A DNA stretch of 64,000 bases. Origin: Balanoglossus misakiensis. Lineage: Eukaryota > Animalia > Hemichordata. The DNA lies in NCBI GenBank assembly GCA_040954595.2, contig CM082576.2:9489129-9553128 (forward strand), written 5' to 3'. The notes beneath the pieces were generated by a model. It did not search any database, had not been told where the DNA came from, and worked only from the letters and a program-made list of their open reading frames with translations. The translations under genes were made by a program, and so were the position numbers. Positions 1 to 14,050 of the stretch are shown here, one piece after another (the first letter of the stretch is position 1; the number at the start of each line of letters is the position of its first letter).

Positions 1-77
1 AGGGAAACAGTTTTACATCTTATCACATGAAACAAGCTAAACCCTGGTAGCATCAAAAATCATCATCCAAGACTGAC

Positions 78-3000
78 CTTTTGAACTTTGATCCAGTGCC
101 ACAGGTTAAATCCTTCGCAGGTACATTGAAATCCGTTCGCCACAGAGGGAGGCATTGTCTGCATCTGTAAAGACGAGATAGAGAGTATGTGATATAGGTT
201 AACATTGGCGGACACCCCAAAACAGAAAAAATATCGATATATTCACCAACATATAAGTTATCGCGGTATTTACGCCAATTTTTGTTTTCAGTTTTCTAAT
301 CATGTCAATCAAATCTACCATGACGCATATGGAACAAAATAAGTAAATATAGTGATGGAAATCGGTGTTCATGTCGTTACTGGAGACTGATGAATATAGA
401 TGTGCTAGTACGATTCGATAAATTCAATATGGCCATGATACTTAATATCTACGAAAATTTATCTCCGGTTCCTCCATTATCTACTCACGTACCTACAACA
501 TTGTAAGGCTTCGCCAGAAGCCAAAATATCCATTTCTGTAATCCATACAACGTGCTGTCTGTAACATTTCGCGTTTAATGCACTCTATTGCATAATGGAA
601 ATCATAATTGAAATTTGATATGTCTTCGCTCTGAAACTGAGCTAATATAACCATGAGCAACCTATACATTTTAATGATTGAATTCTTAAACCTAGTACCA
701 GATTTCTTATTTTGATTCATTTCTGAATAATTTTCAAATGATGTAAGTGAGACTTTGTGCAATCAACTTGATTGATTTTGATTTTATTACATGCAGCTAT
801 GGACACCAGATTTCCACTGAAATCAGCTGAATGTAACGAGTTAACAATAACGACGAGGAAATTTTAGCACGTCTCATTGCTGAACGAAGGTTTTTTTTTA
901 ACGTTAATGGGTATAGAGTAATGAAAGAACAGGAATGAATGAAAGCCAAACTTTCAGGAGACAAAAACTCATCACGCAGTTTTTTTATTTTTTACGCTGG
1001 AGGAGGAAATGCCGCACATTTCATTGAGCAGAGCAACTTGTCAAATTTTAATCATCTTCGCCCGCAAATGTCGCTTTGCTCGACGATGAATTGTAATGAC
1101 GTCATATGGACTAGAATCGCACTACCTACCTCCGCGCCGACGAAGTCTTCCCAAGCATTGATGATTGTTATACCGGTCTCGTAGCCGATAGTTCCGTACA
1201 GCAGGGACGTCTTCACAAGAATGGCGGCGTACTTCAGGCGAGTCCCATAGACATCTGCGAGGAAATGACACATTGAAATACATGTACTACAGGGTTGTAT
1301 AATCGGTCATCGATCTCGGCGCCTCGTAGTGAATGTAGTGGTAAACCCAAACGTTTTCGAAGATACGCTTTCGCTGTGTCATAAAAATACGCGTGGCAAT
1401 TCATTTGGGTATTATTTAGAGTGTACACGATGTATTTGGTGGACCATTTGATTTGAGCACAAGTACCTTGTATGTGAAATTAAAACAAACACATTCAACA
1501 GGTGTAATGAACGAGTTGTCCTGGTGTAATGTCAGTGTTTGGGGTAAAACAAGTTTTCAAATGCAAAAAGACATGAAGCAATGTGTCCGTTGGTCTCGTC
1601 ACGGTCACCTCCAAACGGCAATGACGCATGCGGACACGTACCTGTATTGTCGACGGTGGGCAGCGTGTCTCTGCTGTCCATCTCCTCCCCAATGAGCCAG
1701 TCGTAGTCTTCGTTGTCATCGTTGGCCCTTCCGCTGTATCCCCTCGTTAGCCAGTATCCAAGGCCAGTCTCGAAGTAGCGATAGAAAGTGTCGTGCAACC
1801 CGGACGCGTCGAATGTGTCCGGATTTGCGTCCATCAAACTTCGCATTTTGATCTCGCTTACGGGCATGCTGACATCCGTGCCGTTTGGCAAACCTGTCGC
1901 GTTTAAGTTCTGAAAGTGAACAATCATGTCAAACTTGATTTATATAAACGAGGGCAGTTTCTTCTAATACGCATTATGGGTGCACAGTGAACGAAAGAGG
2001 CAACGAACTTATCCATCTATTCACATAGACGAGACATCTTGAAGTTAGACACTAAGCTTGCATAAAATCAATTTGAAAACATAGCTCACCTCGTAATATT
2101 CATACATACTACTAATGAAACAGTCGATTTCTAACTCCCCTGTCACCATGTCGCGTCGAACGCGCAGATTTTCGTTTTCTTCGTCACTGATATTTCGTAG
2201 TCTCTGGCAAAATTCCTGAAAGTTTCAATAAAAGAAACATAAAATTGGAAAGTAAGATCGAATAACCACTGGAGAATCTGTTATGACGCATGATCATGCG
2301 CGCTGTGGACGACAGTGTCGCTTTGCGCGGCGAGTCAAAATCACGCACCTGTAGCGCCTTCTGACTGGGCAGAGGGTTGAGGTCAAAGCTGTTATCCCAA
2401 ACCGTGTCCCCAGAACATTCGTAGTCCGTGTGGTGGCAACGGCTGATATCTTGATTCTGTAATCCCCAGATGATGAACACGTCGGTGGTTTCGTCCGATG
2501 CGCTGGGCACAAATGCCGATCTTTCCTTGTCGTTAAAAACCACGAAGTTATTGCCCTTTTTGAAAACTTGAACCTTAAAAGTGGGGTAGAGTGGAGAAGA
2601 AAAAAATAACCACATTCAGTTTGTTTTTGAACAACTTATAATATAAAAGCGGATACTATCTTCGAGTTCAACACTGAATTTAGACCAACTGACATTTCAC
2701 CTATTTATCGACCAATTCCCCACGGGCTAATTAAGATGGCCCCGGTGACGAAGATCACTGAAATAATAACAATACGTGAGGTCTTATACATACCCCTTCT
2801 TCCTGCGGTCCAAGACGAGTGGCGAAGTAGGTGAAGACAGCCACTATGACAGCGAACAGCAGAAGAATCAACCACCTGTAAATTTTATGTGTGACGAATC
2901 GAAAGTATGGCCCCATGAAAAATCGGACTATCGCTCCTTTCTTTTTCAGTGGCCTGTCGAGTTCTTCTGTGCTGTCGGACGGCGGTTTCAAGCACGGGCG

Positions 3001-6000
3001 ACAACAGCACCACACGCAATCCCGCCAGAAATTGTGGTGGGTGATGACCACGGTCGGCAGGAACACGATGATGTCGACGTAGTTGACCATGACGAGGATG
3101 CCGGAGAAGATGCCGAACGTGTTCACGCCGAGGAGCGGCGAAAATCCGTTGACGACGAAAGCGATCGAGGTGGTCAGGGACGTCACAAGCATGGTCATGG
3201 AGGCTCGCATGTAGGTGTCAGAGAGCCGGTACTCCAGTCCCGGGTAGTCCTCGAAAGCCGTGGCCCTCCACGTGTCCATGAAGACGAACACGTCATCGGC
3301 GCCGATGCCGAGGATGATGAAGATGGAGAGGATGTGAAAGATGCCGAAGAAGCGAAAGTCCAGCGCGTACCTGTAGAACAGGTTGGCGCCGCAGAAGGAC
3401 GCCATGATCGCAAACACGGAGAACCCCGATATCCACAGCGAGCGGGTCTGGATCCAGAGGAACGCGAATATGAACACGAAGCTGCCGATGACCAGGATCA
3501 GGTCGTAGCGGACCTGGTCGTTCACTGCCTGCTCCCAGAATGCCTCGGCGTTGTAGCAGATGGCGAGCCCCCTGTATCCGTCTTTGAAAAGTCTCTTCAA
3601 ACGGGCGTGGAAAGTCGACGTCAGGAATTCAGCGTCGACGTTCCCGCCGAACGGAATGATGGAGCGGGTGATGGACGACCTGGCAATGTTGGCGGCGGCG
3701 TCAATCGCGATATCTTTGCCGAGGTGAAAGTGCAGGGCGTTCAACAGGAGCGGCGACGTGTTTGCCGCGTCCAGCACCGCGGCGACGTTGTCGAAGTTTG
3801 GATCGTTGAACACGGCATCGACTGCAGCGTAGGTGCCGTCGAAGAATCGGATGATTGAAGTTGGTTTGACGCAGTCGCCGCTTTCATCCAGCTGGCAGTG
3901 GTCTTCGTAGCCGGGCTTGCTGACGAACTCGTCCTCCAGGTCCCTGATGGCCTGCAAGTTCGTCTTGCTCAAAACGTTGCCCCCGGGTTCTTCGTACATG
4001 ATGACGATTGGTTGAGACAGCTCGCTCCGTGCACCGCCGGTGCTGGTCGGGCTGTCAACGCTGTGCGTGTACCTTGTGAAATTCGCGTCTCGGGCCTGCC
4101 ACGCCAAACCTCGCAGCCACTGATCGTCGTCCAGCAGTTGCAAAGGTAGCTCGGTGAACACTGTGGGAAAGACGCTCTGTCCTGACACCACCAACACCAT
4201 GGTTAACATCAGTAGGGACAAGTTACAACACAGGGTGATTGCTGAAAATGAAAATATCATTCATTCCATTATTCACACTTCAAGGTACATTGTCACCAAT
4301 GCAGATTAATAACGCAATTATCGCGGAGAGTACAACTAATCACATATTTTCACTTATATAAGCTATGCAACAATAATTTACATGGCCATTGCTCGCGTTG
4401 AACCTTCTCTCTGAATGTAGCGCTTATAATATGACACACATACAAATGGGGGTGGGGGGGCGTAATTTGGGGTGAGCAGTGAGGGTCGGCCGCCAATAAG
4501 GCTGCATTCACAAACACCTCTGGAGGGGGGGGCAGGAGAATTGAGGGGGGGGATTTGAAAAAATTGAGGGTATGTAAGGGGGGGGATTTGAAATAATTTA
4601 GGGACTGAAAGGGGGGGGGACTTGAAAACTTTGACGACTAAATATTTATTTTGAGTCCACAAAAATGCAGTTTCGCGCCCTTTATTTTACAAAATTTTAC
4701 ATTCATCAACACCATTCAATCACTGACTGGTTTATCTAGTGTCCCAGGTCAGGGGACTTGCCCCACCCCATGATAACTTTGAGCGGTGACGGTTAAATTT
4801 GTCATCCCCAACATACCGGTAGTTGAGTTAATTTGCTTTTGCCGGGTTCATTAAAATGCAGCTTTGAGCTCTGTTTTTTATAAAATTTTCTTACGTGGGA
4901 GGGGGACACCCCCTCCCAAACCCACCCCCATCAATTCTCGGTTTACAATGTCTCCCAACACAAATGCAAAATACTTAAAAAATTACAAACAATGTTCAGT
5001 TTTAATACCCACTGATGAGGGGGAAACATCAGTTTCAAATTCTTTTCATTGGAGCGCTGTTTTTCTTTTTTTACAGGATAGATAGGTGATGTGTTTTGCT
5101 CTATGAAAGAAAATAGGGGGGGGATTTCAAAATTTTGGCAGCTCGGAAGGGGGGGATTTGAAAATATTTCGGGTTGTCGAGGGGGGGCATGTGAAAATTA
5201 ACGGTAAAAAAAATTGAATTCTCCCGCCCCCCCCTCCAGAGGTGTTTGTGAATGCAGCCTAACTATCATTTCCGTATCCGAAACAAGTGTGTAAAAGCCA
5301 GCGTTTAACATAAAGTGGAAGAAGACAAGCTAGACTGTTGCTTACGCACTTAGTTTCAATATGGCTGCGTTTTGATAGAAAGAGAACCATTTTGCAAATG
5401 GGTGCTATTTTGCCTCTTGGCAAAATCTCAGTAATGTATATTGGTGATGGAAATTTATTCTGAATAAAATGAGCAGACAAAGCAACCGAATCTGATATCT
5501 ATTGGTATCTGGGTTCACGAGTGTTCCAACTCACCTTCACTCTCGGTTATAAAGGGCATTCTGGCGTATGTACTCGTGACAAGATAGGTTGGTTATGTAA
5601 CTGCATTAACAAAGGATATTTTTACCAGCGATCGAAGCTGTTTTCAACAAACGGTAACATTTCTCAAACGAGAACCTTCATTGATTCATCGATGCCGTTC
5701 TCTCACAATCATCATAGACAAATAAATACGTGTAAATCGTTAAAAAAACAATAACTCACCAAATGCTGTTTTCGGCCTATTGACGATAAACCTACACCAC
5801 GCCAACGGCTTCTTGTGCTTCTTCGGCGGTTCTCTCTCCCCGTCATCATTTCCGGAAGTACTCTCTGAGACGACGGCGACTGGTGAACTCAACGAAGGAG
5901 GGATTTTCACCGGCGACGACTCGGTTCTCGACGCCCAGCGTGCGCCGTTGTCGTCGCCGGTGTTGCCATGGCTGCCATCATCGTGACTCGCCAGATGCCG

Positions 6001-6066
6001 CGGCGTCTCGTCGTCTCCAGCTCCTTGCGCCCGGTGCACGCTCTGAGTCGGCGACACGGATGTCAT
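78..6066 (-). CDS. Dispatched/Patched-family (RND, sterol-sensing domain) multipass membrane protein; 3' end runs off the window start
   Basis: Phase-consistent GT-AG exons: 6066-5760, 4241-2794, 2573-2349, 2215-2090, 1909-1642, 1254-1130, 164-78 (862 codons in window). TM1, a large luminal loop, then SSD helices with the GxxxDD motif 'FIILGIGADDVFVFMDTW' and 'MLVTSLTTSIAF'. The second luminal loop ends '...GFQCTCEGFNLWHWIKVQK'. Confidence 0.88.
4500..5259. mobile_element. Non-autonomous PIF/Harbinger-type MITE (~760 bp) in intron 1 of the Dispatched-like gene
   Basis: ~43-bp terminal inverted repeats (GGCTGCATTCACAAACACCTCTGGAGGGGGGGGCRGGAGAATT) at 4500 and ending at 5259. TAA direct duplication at 4497-4499 and 5260-5262. 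No transposase ORF. Confidence 0.8.
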
Positions 6067-8222
6067 TGCTTTATATTCCTCGTTAATTGCAAGTGAATTG
6101 AATCCCTCCGATTCTCAAACAACATCAAGAACGCGAGAATAATCTAAGACAATGTACTAATGTTCAAATATCCATCCTATATTATAGTACGTTATGTTCT
6201 TGACAAATTCACTGTATGCGAGGTACACGGACGATCCGTGGTTGATGTATTCTGGGCCCGTGTAACCATAGGCCTACATGTACATAAAATAGTCGACGTG
6301 ACGTAGGTGATTGTCATAATGGGGCAACTAATGAATAATTCATCATTTTCTTGGAGACAGACAATGCAAAATTGATTTGTCCCGAACAATTATTCTAATA
6401 GCTGCCTGAGAGGGCTCATTGTACAGAAGTAGAAAGTTTGTTGACCTTTCCAGGTTTACTCATGAATCCAGGTGAACAGAGACTGTCTGTTTAAAGACCC
6501 GTGTGCCGACCAACTGAATGTTTAGTACCCATCAGGTACTTTTAAGACTTAAATGTTGATACAAATATTTCTGTACACGTTAATTGCCGGGTGGACGATC
6601 GGTTCGTACAGCTCATCGCTACGATAACGCAATTAAATGTGCCTGAAAACGTGGACCGATCTATCACCGAGAACTGTAGTCACCCGGGGGGGAGGGAGGG
6701 GGGGGCGTTTAACTTTAGCATGGCGGCCGGTCAAGTTTGAATTTACATGTACTTCCTTTTATCAATTTTCATTGGTAATTTGATGGTATTTTAAAGAAAG
6801 GTGGGACGTCTAAGGCATCGGAAGTGTTTATTTGTCGCGCCAGATCGGACCACCTGTTGAAGAAAGGCAATGTCGATGCCTAAAAAGATTCATAGGCACC
6901 CTTGGAGCGGCCATTGTTATATGACATGTTGGAGCCGCGCACGCGTGCTGGGACTCTGATGCAGATCTGCATCCGTAAAGCATAAGCATTGTATATTATT
7001 AGTATATAGTGCAATGGTATATTGTTTCCGTGTTCGTTGAATTCACTGACAAGTACAGGGGTTGGGTCTGTGGCTTATCCCGGATGCCCGGAGACTCAGC
7101 CTCTTATAATATTATATGCTAGATCTAAGCGGACAGATGTGATTATGTTATTTGGGTTCAGAAATGTAAAAAATCGCGCGAGTTATGCCTACACATGACG
7201 ATTTTTTTTTCCTGAATAAATGACCCCGATTCTGGTAAACATCAGCTGGACTGAACTTCTCCTTTAATACTCCTGGAAACCATTTAAAAGGTCGCTTCAA
7301 CCCAGACTTCCATTTCAAGGTCGATGAACGACATCTTCTGTACTTTTTTTAAAATGGAGATATCTGTAACAGTTAAAACGGCGTAGATTGTACAATATTA
7401 CATTTACAGTTGTTTGTACATGGAGGGAACGTGATGGAAGGTTAGCCATATAGCTACCTAAAAGGGTCTTGTAAACAAACGGAAAATTGTAAAACTATGT
7501 GCGCCATCTAAACTCTCGTCATTATCAACAATGACCTGTGCCATCTTATACCGTCGGTTCTATTGATGACCTGTTATCAGCGTCTGTGTATCTTTCGATG
7601 CTGTCACGGCATACAATAAGTTTGCCGGTTGCTCAAATACTGTGTGGCAGAAGAGATAACAATACTGGCCACAAATCATATTTATATAAATAATAGGAAA
7701 TTCGGGGATAAATTACCGTATTTCGGTTATTGCCTTGGTTGGATTAACCTTGGATTTTCAGAGAATTGTAAAAATTATTGTGATTAAAAGTGGATATAAA
7801 ACCTTGGGTTGTCAGTAATCGTTCCTTTATTACTGTACGCTTGATGTTATAGCGTCATCGTGCTATGTCCCAATTCTTCAAGCGTGATCTATGTTTGCAT
7901 TATATTTTATTGAATGCAGGTTCACCCTGTCCTGCTCAAGTCCACCCAACGTCCGATCAACAAGCACTATTGTCTTATCAATGTGTGTCTGCTGATGATG
8001 ATACAGATCATCCGTCAACATACGACGATGTCTCTGATTCGATGAAACTCTTCTGTTGGTGATAGCTGTATGAGTTGACATCAGCTCCCCTCTACCGGAC
8101 CATCACGCAGTACTAGTTCGCCTTGGGACGCCCAGCACAAGGCCAATTCAGGACACCGGCGTCTCCGACGAGAACGATCCTACGCGTGACAGACGACCAA
8201 CGGCTCGGTGACTTTCTTCGCC

Positions 8223-11200
8223 ATGTCGACGGACGACTATTCGCTATGGCCTCTGGATATTGTTGTGTTTCTCCTGGTACTGCTCTTCGTGGCCGGACAG
8301 GGCATTTACCATGGTTGGAAGAAGCAGAACTCCACGAAAGAGTAAGTTTCCCCCGACCGACACATTCTTATCCCTCAGCAGCCAGGCTTATGTTTGTAAA
8401 CAATGAATTGCTTCCTCAATGTTTCTTTACTGCCATAGACCCTGGTCAATGTTTCTTCCGACAGTCACGTCAAGTTCAAAGATAGTTCATGAAATTTGCC
8501 CAGTGTCTACCCTGGTTATCTCATGCGCACCTTTCTGCCGTGTGGGCCCCACCGACGTATTGAGCACTGCGCCAACGCTAACCAACTCTCCGCGTTTTCT
8601 CTGACAGATACCTGACGGCCAATCGTAGCATGACCGCTCTCCCCGTTGCCATGTCCCTGCTGGTGTCTTTCATGTCGGCCATCACGTTGCTGGGCACACC
8701 GGCGGAAATCTACCTGTACGGCATGGGATACGCGGCGTACCTGTTCTGTTTTCTGTGGGTTTATCCCGTCGTGGCGTTTCTCTACGTGCCCGTATTCCAA
8801 CCCTTGCCGCTCATCAGTGCTTATCAGGTTAGGTTTTCCCACCTCACCTCAATGTTATCACTTTGTACACACAGTGAGCGAGTTTTCTTGACGAATCCTT
8901 TGGTATACGCTTTTTCATCACTATCCACGGAAGGACAACAGTATAGCCAGCATGATGTGACCACTCAGCCTGCTTCGATGTACATGTACACTGTATTGCT
9001 ATCTATACTCGGGGGTAAAATCTCCACTCTTCATAAAAAAAGGTGCATGAGTTTGTGGGTGATTCCCTGGTAAATAAGCACTCTTTGTCGATATATAAGC
9101 TGAGAACGATCAAATCAACGTAAGACGTTCTCAGAAATGTGAAATAAGGCTTGGTGTCGACATACGAAACATACGATACGAAACGTTGCTTTTGTTTTGA
9201 TTGCGATTGGACAACAAGTAATAAACGGTTCTATTGCAAGCACACACGGAGGCCGAGTTTCCGATTCATTAATTTCATGTTTCTTTGTCGACAGTAGTAT
9301 TTCGAATGGAGATTCGACAACTACACCCTTCGAGTCATCATATCCATCCTCTTCATATTCCAATCAGTGTTCTACATGGCCGTGGTGTTGATCGGCCCGG
9401 CCCTTGCATTCGAAGCAGGTACGTCGTCACCCACACACATCACGTGCAGACACGGTCAGCTCGCGATAACCGATCATGTCATCTGTGCGGATGATGTGGA
9501 TGGCCTGGACACGGTTGCCAGAAAAGGTCAAAAGTCAAGTAACCGTGTCAGTTAATTAATGCTGGCGTGAACAATAGGGTTTCATCGCGTGTGTTTCAAC
9601 AAAAATCTCACCAACACGTGACTGTATAATGCGAGTAAATACCGAACTAGTTTTCCTATTTTTATTGATGCATTATGTCACATTCGATTAATTCACACGA
9701 ATATAGTGACATTGAAAATTTATTTGAATGATTTATATTTCTTTTATCGGATTCCACAGTTTAGGGTTATACATTGGCGTATTAAAGGTTTAGTTACACC
9801 TGGATATAAAGTGCAGCTTTCTTTTATTCTCCCTGCAGTGAATGGAATCCCGCTCGGCCTCAGTGTGTTCGTCACTGGTAGCATTTGTATCTTCTACACT
9901 ACGCTGGTAAGTGGGACCATTTGACTCAGATGGCTATTTATAGTGATAAATGTATAATGTTGACACTCGACAATTGCTATCTCCTTTGCAGTCGGAAAGA
10001 GGCTCCACTCCGGGCGCGCGTGAGCAAACCCGAGCAAGCTCTTCATCACACCCAGGGAGCATCTTGAACCCCCCCCCCCCCCGACCGCGATGTTCCATAG
10101 TTATACTTCTGTTACGTCACATGCCTGCTCATGGACTTCATCATAGGCATAATTCCACACGTTCTATTTTCCAGGGAGGCATGAAAGCTGTCATTTGGAC
10201 CGACGTCTTTCTCTTCATGATTATTCTCGTCGACTTAATCCTCATCATTGTGTGTGGCACGGTCGATGTCGGTGGAATGACCTACGTTTGGGAGTTCAAC
10301 AAAGCAGATGGCAGGCTGGCTGAAAGTCTGTTCTAGTGCGTGTATGCTAAGTATAACGGTTTTACCTTGATCGCTTGATTGTATGACAATCTAACCAAGT
10401 GCAATCCTTCATTTATGAGACATTATTCTCTCTGCCCCTGTATCTGTCTGTCTGCCTCATCTCAGCTTTCTGTCTGTCTCTGTCACACATTTATTAATAT
10501 ATGTATACACATTTCCCTCTTGGAAACAGCTTTCCATTTGATGTGACCGAGAGAGTGACTTTTATGGGCTGCCTTATCGGAGGCGGTGTCAATTATTGCG
10601 CAATATTTCTCGGACAAGCCTCCGTTCAACGGATAATCAGCACGAAAAACATGAAACAAGCCAAGACGTAAGTGTTTCCTAGGCTTTGTCTTTCGTGGTT
10701 TCGTTCTCTCCTGCTTCCGTGTGGCGATATTGCTTTAATCAGGTGATCTATCGCTCGCCGACATTGACACATCCCTCGGACGGTGCTAAGGTGTTAAATG
10801 ATTCCCGTTGCAAGTGAGGTGACAAGTGGACAGTGTTTCGTTTAATTGTGCGGCACGATATTTAACAGTGGCTGATATGCCCGTCCCCTTCGCTGTACAT
10901 GATAGGTTAGTGCTTCGCCGTCCGTTTCCGAAAGGGCCAAAGGCTATTCCGACATCGACCATGAAGGTATAGTTGCGTTGTAAGAGTGATAGTGATCCAT
11001 TCATATTACACATGTGCATACATCCAGTGGTTCTTCTTAACATCAGTCCAAGGTTTTTTTTACGTGAAAGTTGTGATAAGCCGGTATCTGTTTCACTCTA
11101 TTTCAGATCTGTCATGTTAAATTTACCATTTCAGTGGATTTTTCTCCCCATGGTTTACTTAGCCGGCCTTGTGATGTACGCCTTTTACAACAGTAAGTTC

Positions 11201-14050
11201 GCGTCGTGCATTTTGTCGTTGCGAAAATGTCTTCGGTGTGAGAGTACTCTATTAAACCACTTTTCTGAAAGAAGTGGCATTTAACGTGCGATATGCCCAT
11301 TCATGTACATGGTATTAATTTGTCTGTATTTGTAGATTTCTTCACCAGACTCGAACCGGCTGTCAACGCCACTTTATCGCCAGGTAAGTGTTGCCATGGA
11401 GATATCTCCAATACCGTAAGACAACACCATGAACTCAAACAGTTGATCACCCAAAATACGATTTCCAGTCGCTAAAGCCTTTTGAGATCTAAACGTTTCC
11501 TAGAAATGACCGTTTCTGTCCATTCCAACATTGTACACAGTCATCATAATGTATTGAGCTACATGATTTTTACAGATGCTATAAGTAGAAACAGTCTCTA
11601 TGATAAATATTAAAACTGTTAAAACCAGGATTTTCTCTCGTTCGAATAGCACTGACCTATCCAACTGACGACTACGGGGGAGTGGAGCCTCACTATGAGC
11701 CTGATTACACCTCATCTGACCAGGTAAGACATTCCAAGAATTACAATACAAGATGTATGACAAAGGAATTTACCGTTTCCACCTTGAACAGTGAACAGAC
11801 TGCCGCCGCCATTAGCCACAGTCGTGGGAGGACGTACTTTGCACCGACGTTGTTTTTCTTACAACTTTTCTACACGTTTCACTCTCCAGATTTTGATTTA
11901 TTACGTCAGCGAGCAGTTCGGCCATATACGTGGGTTCATGGGACTATTCATATCTTGCATTTTCGCCGGAACGCTGAGGTATGTGCGATTGATTTAACAA
12001 TACAAAATTCTCACTGTAAGTGAATATTTCTTTGACGTTTGGAATTGTAGTTAGGATTTACCGATAGACTTCTGTGACACCCTGATCGGCTTGTGTTATA
12101 TTGTTCTCTCTTTTCGGTGATCTGTATGTCATTTCAGTACCGTATCATCTAGCCTGAACGCCCTCGTCGCCGTGACCTTAGAGGACTTCGCAAAACCATG
12201 GCGACGGTGGAGGTCACGACGCACTGGAAACCCAGTCTACGTCAATGACAAAGTCGACACAGCAGCTGGGAAAATACTAAGTAAGTTGTACTTGTAGTTT
12301 CGGGATGGGGTTACGAATGCCCGCACGCGACTTCATTTTCGCACTTTGTGGTTACCAGAGGAAAAATCGTCTTGACTTACTCGGGTGTCTCAAATTCATT
12401 GCAGCCATCATCTACGGAATCGGAGCCATCTTTCTCGCTTACGTAGCGTCCTACATGGAATCTTTGATAACGATGGGGAACACCATATTCGGTACATCGG
12501 GAGGCCCTATCCTTGGTTGTTTCTTGATGGGAGTCTTCTGGAAGAGAGCGACGGGATGGTAAAAGCAATATATGACAATCTCACCGGGTGAACTGGCTTT
12601 GTTGTCGTTGTTGATGAACGTGGTTTTATGTGAATGCGGTGTGCACATGCTCATAGACGTGTCTCTCGTTTTCGTTTCTAAGTCCACACACGTGAATCGA
12701 AAACTGGAACTTCTAGATTATTTGGGCTGCTCGGTCATGTTTCTCACTGGATCTTGCTGTTCTGTAAGACACTTCCCTTTTTTACGCACACAGGTCATGT
12801 GTGGTTGGCGCACTCGTTGGGTTTACAATGGGCTGCTGGGTGGCAGTCGGCGGTATGATCTACAGCGATAAACTTGACGAAGTACTCAAGATATATTCGG
12901 TAGGTGGACACACACTTTGAAAGAACCAATGTCTCGGCCTTTCTGCGCGAAACTAGCATAGCATCGCGGTCTACAGGTGAAGCGAAGAGTTAGCTGTGTA
13001 GAGACAGACAGATTGACAGACAGACAAAGCGAGAGTGGGCAAAGAGAACCTCGCTGAAGTGTAGTGATAGTCCTACGATTGTTTTTGACAAATGCAAAGA
13101 CCTTCGGCAACAATTGAATATAGATTTTTATCTTACAAGAAGGTTCTTTTTGAACGTTTCTCTGTAGATGTCTTTTCTCTGGTACGGGACTTTCAGTTGT
13201 ATCATCACCATGCTAGTGATCTTTTTGTTGAGTGAAATTCATCGATGCTTTTCTAAGGCGGAGAGGGCGAAGTCTAAAGAAATCGACGCGGCTCTTCTTG
13301 CTTCGTGTATGAGGTAAGATTGTTTCGTCCTCCACCTGTCCAGTTTTCTGTTGACGCTCGAGTTACTTCGACACTGGCGCATGCGCTGCTAATCATACAG
13401 TGACCGGCTGGAGCACTGGAGTTCCGCTGACAGCGCTCGTCATCATTTGGTATGGTAGTGTGTACAGCGCCCCCATTGTGTTGTCCTTTGTTGGAATGTT
13501 TCGCTCGTGTATCCATCGATGATATCTGTGAGTTGCCGACAAAGCCTTTCACAACCGAAACACGACGAATCAGTTCTATGTAATGAATATAAGTAATGAC
13601 AGATGCTTTTGTAACGAGTCTGACAATGAGAAAGTACCATCCATTATTTTTTGACAAAATGTGAACCAAAGTCTTTGCAGACTACGGTGACTGAAATTGC
13701 GGCGTTGATCCTTATATGATTGATTTTTCAGGCCAAAGGATTGGAAGTCAAAATACATAACTGACGAAGACGACGATGATTTCACGGGAGAGAAAGAGGA
13801 TACGAATGACATGGACCATAAAGACGAAGCAGGCATGGCGGCGTTTGACAATTTCGTTTTTGAAGACGACGACAGCAGGGCTGTGGACGAGACTAAAATG
13901 GCGGGTGTCGACAATGGACACGCGGACACCAACATCACACACCGTAACAACACTCACGTACATGCCAGTAACGGAGATGTTGTAATCCACGCGAAGGAAA
14001 TGGAAGAATTGCCCACCGCCAACATGATGACACAGACGTCATACTTTTGA
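8223..14050 (+). CDS. Sodium:solute symporter, SLC5A8/SLC5A12/NIS/SMVT-like, copy 1 (~663 aa)
   Basis: 15 phase-consistent exons: 8223-8341, 8608-8827, 9298-9418, 9839-9906, 10175-10335, 10530-10667, 11107-11192, 11336-11383, 11650-11723, 11890-11978, 12138-12280, 12405-12558, 12794-12899, 13168-13313, 13732-14050. SSF motifs: 'PVAMSLLVSFMSAITLLGTPAEIYLYG', 'GGMKAVIWTDVF', 'QASVQR', 'AGTLSTVSSSLNAL', 'GGPILG'. Confidence 0.93.

Noticed and set aside
493-558. 66-bp minus-strand segment with AG/GT borders in a Dispatched-like intron (possible poison exon)
   Set aside because: The flanking exons join cleanly in phase 0 without it. Inclusion gives a TAG stop and the acceptor pyrimidine tract is weak. 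No support without RNA data.
2776-3858. 360-aa plus-strand ORF
   Set aside because: Antisense shadow of the GC3-rich Dispatched-like exon. No recognisable domain.
4545-5200. Spaced G-rich repeats superficially like a CRISPR array
   Set aside because: The units are degenerate and lie inside MITE TIRs in a eukaryotic intron. No cas genes.
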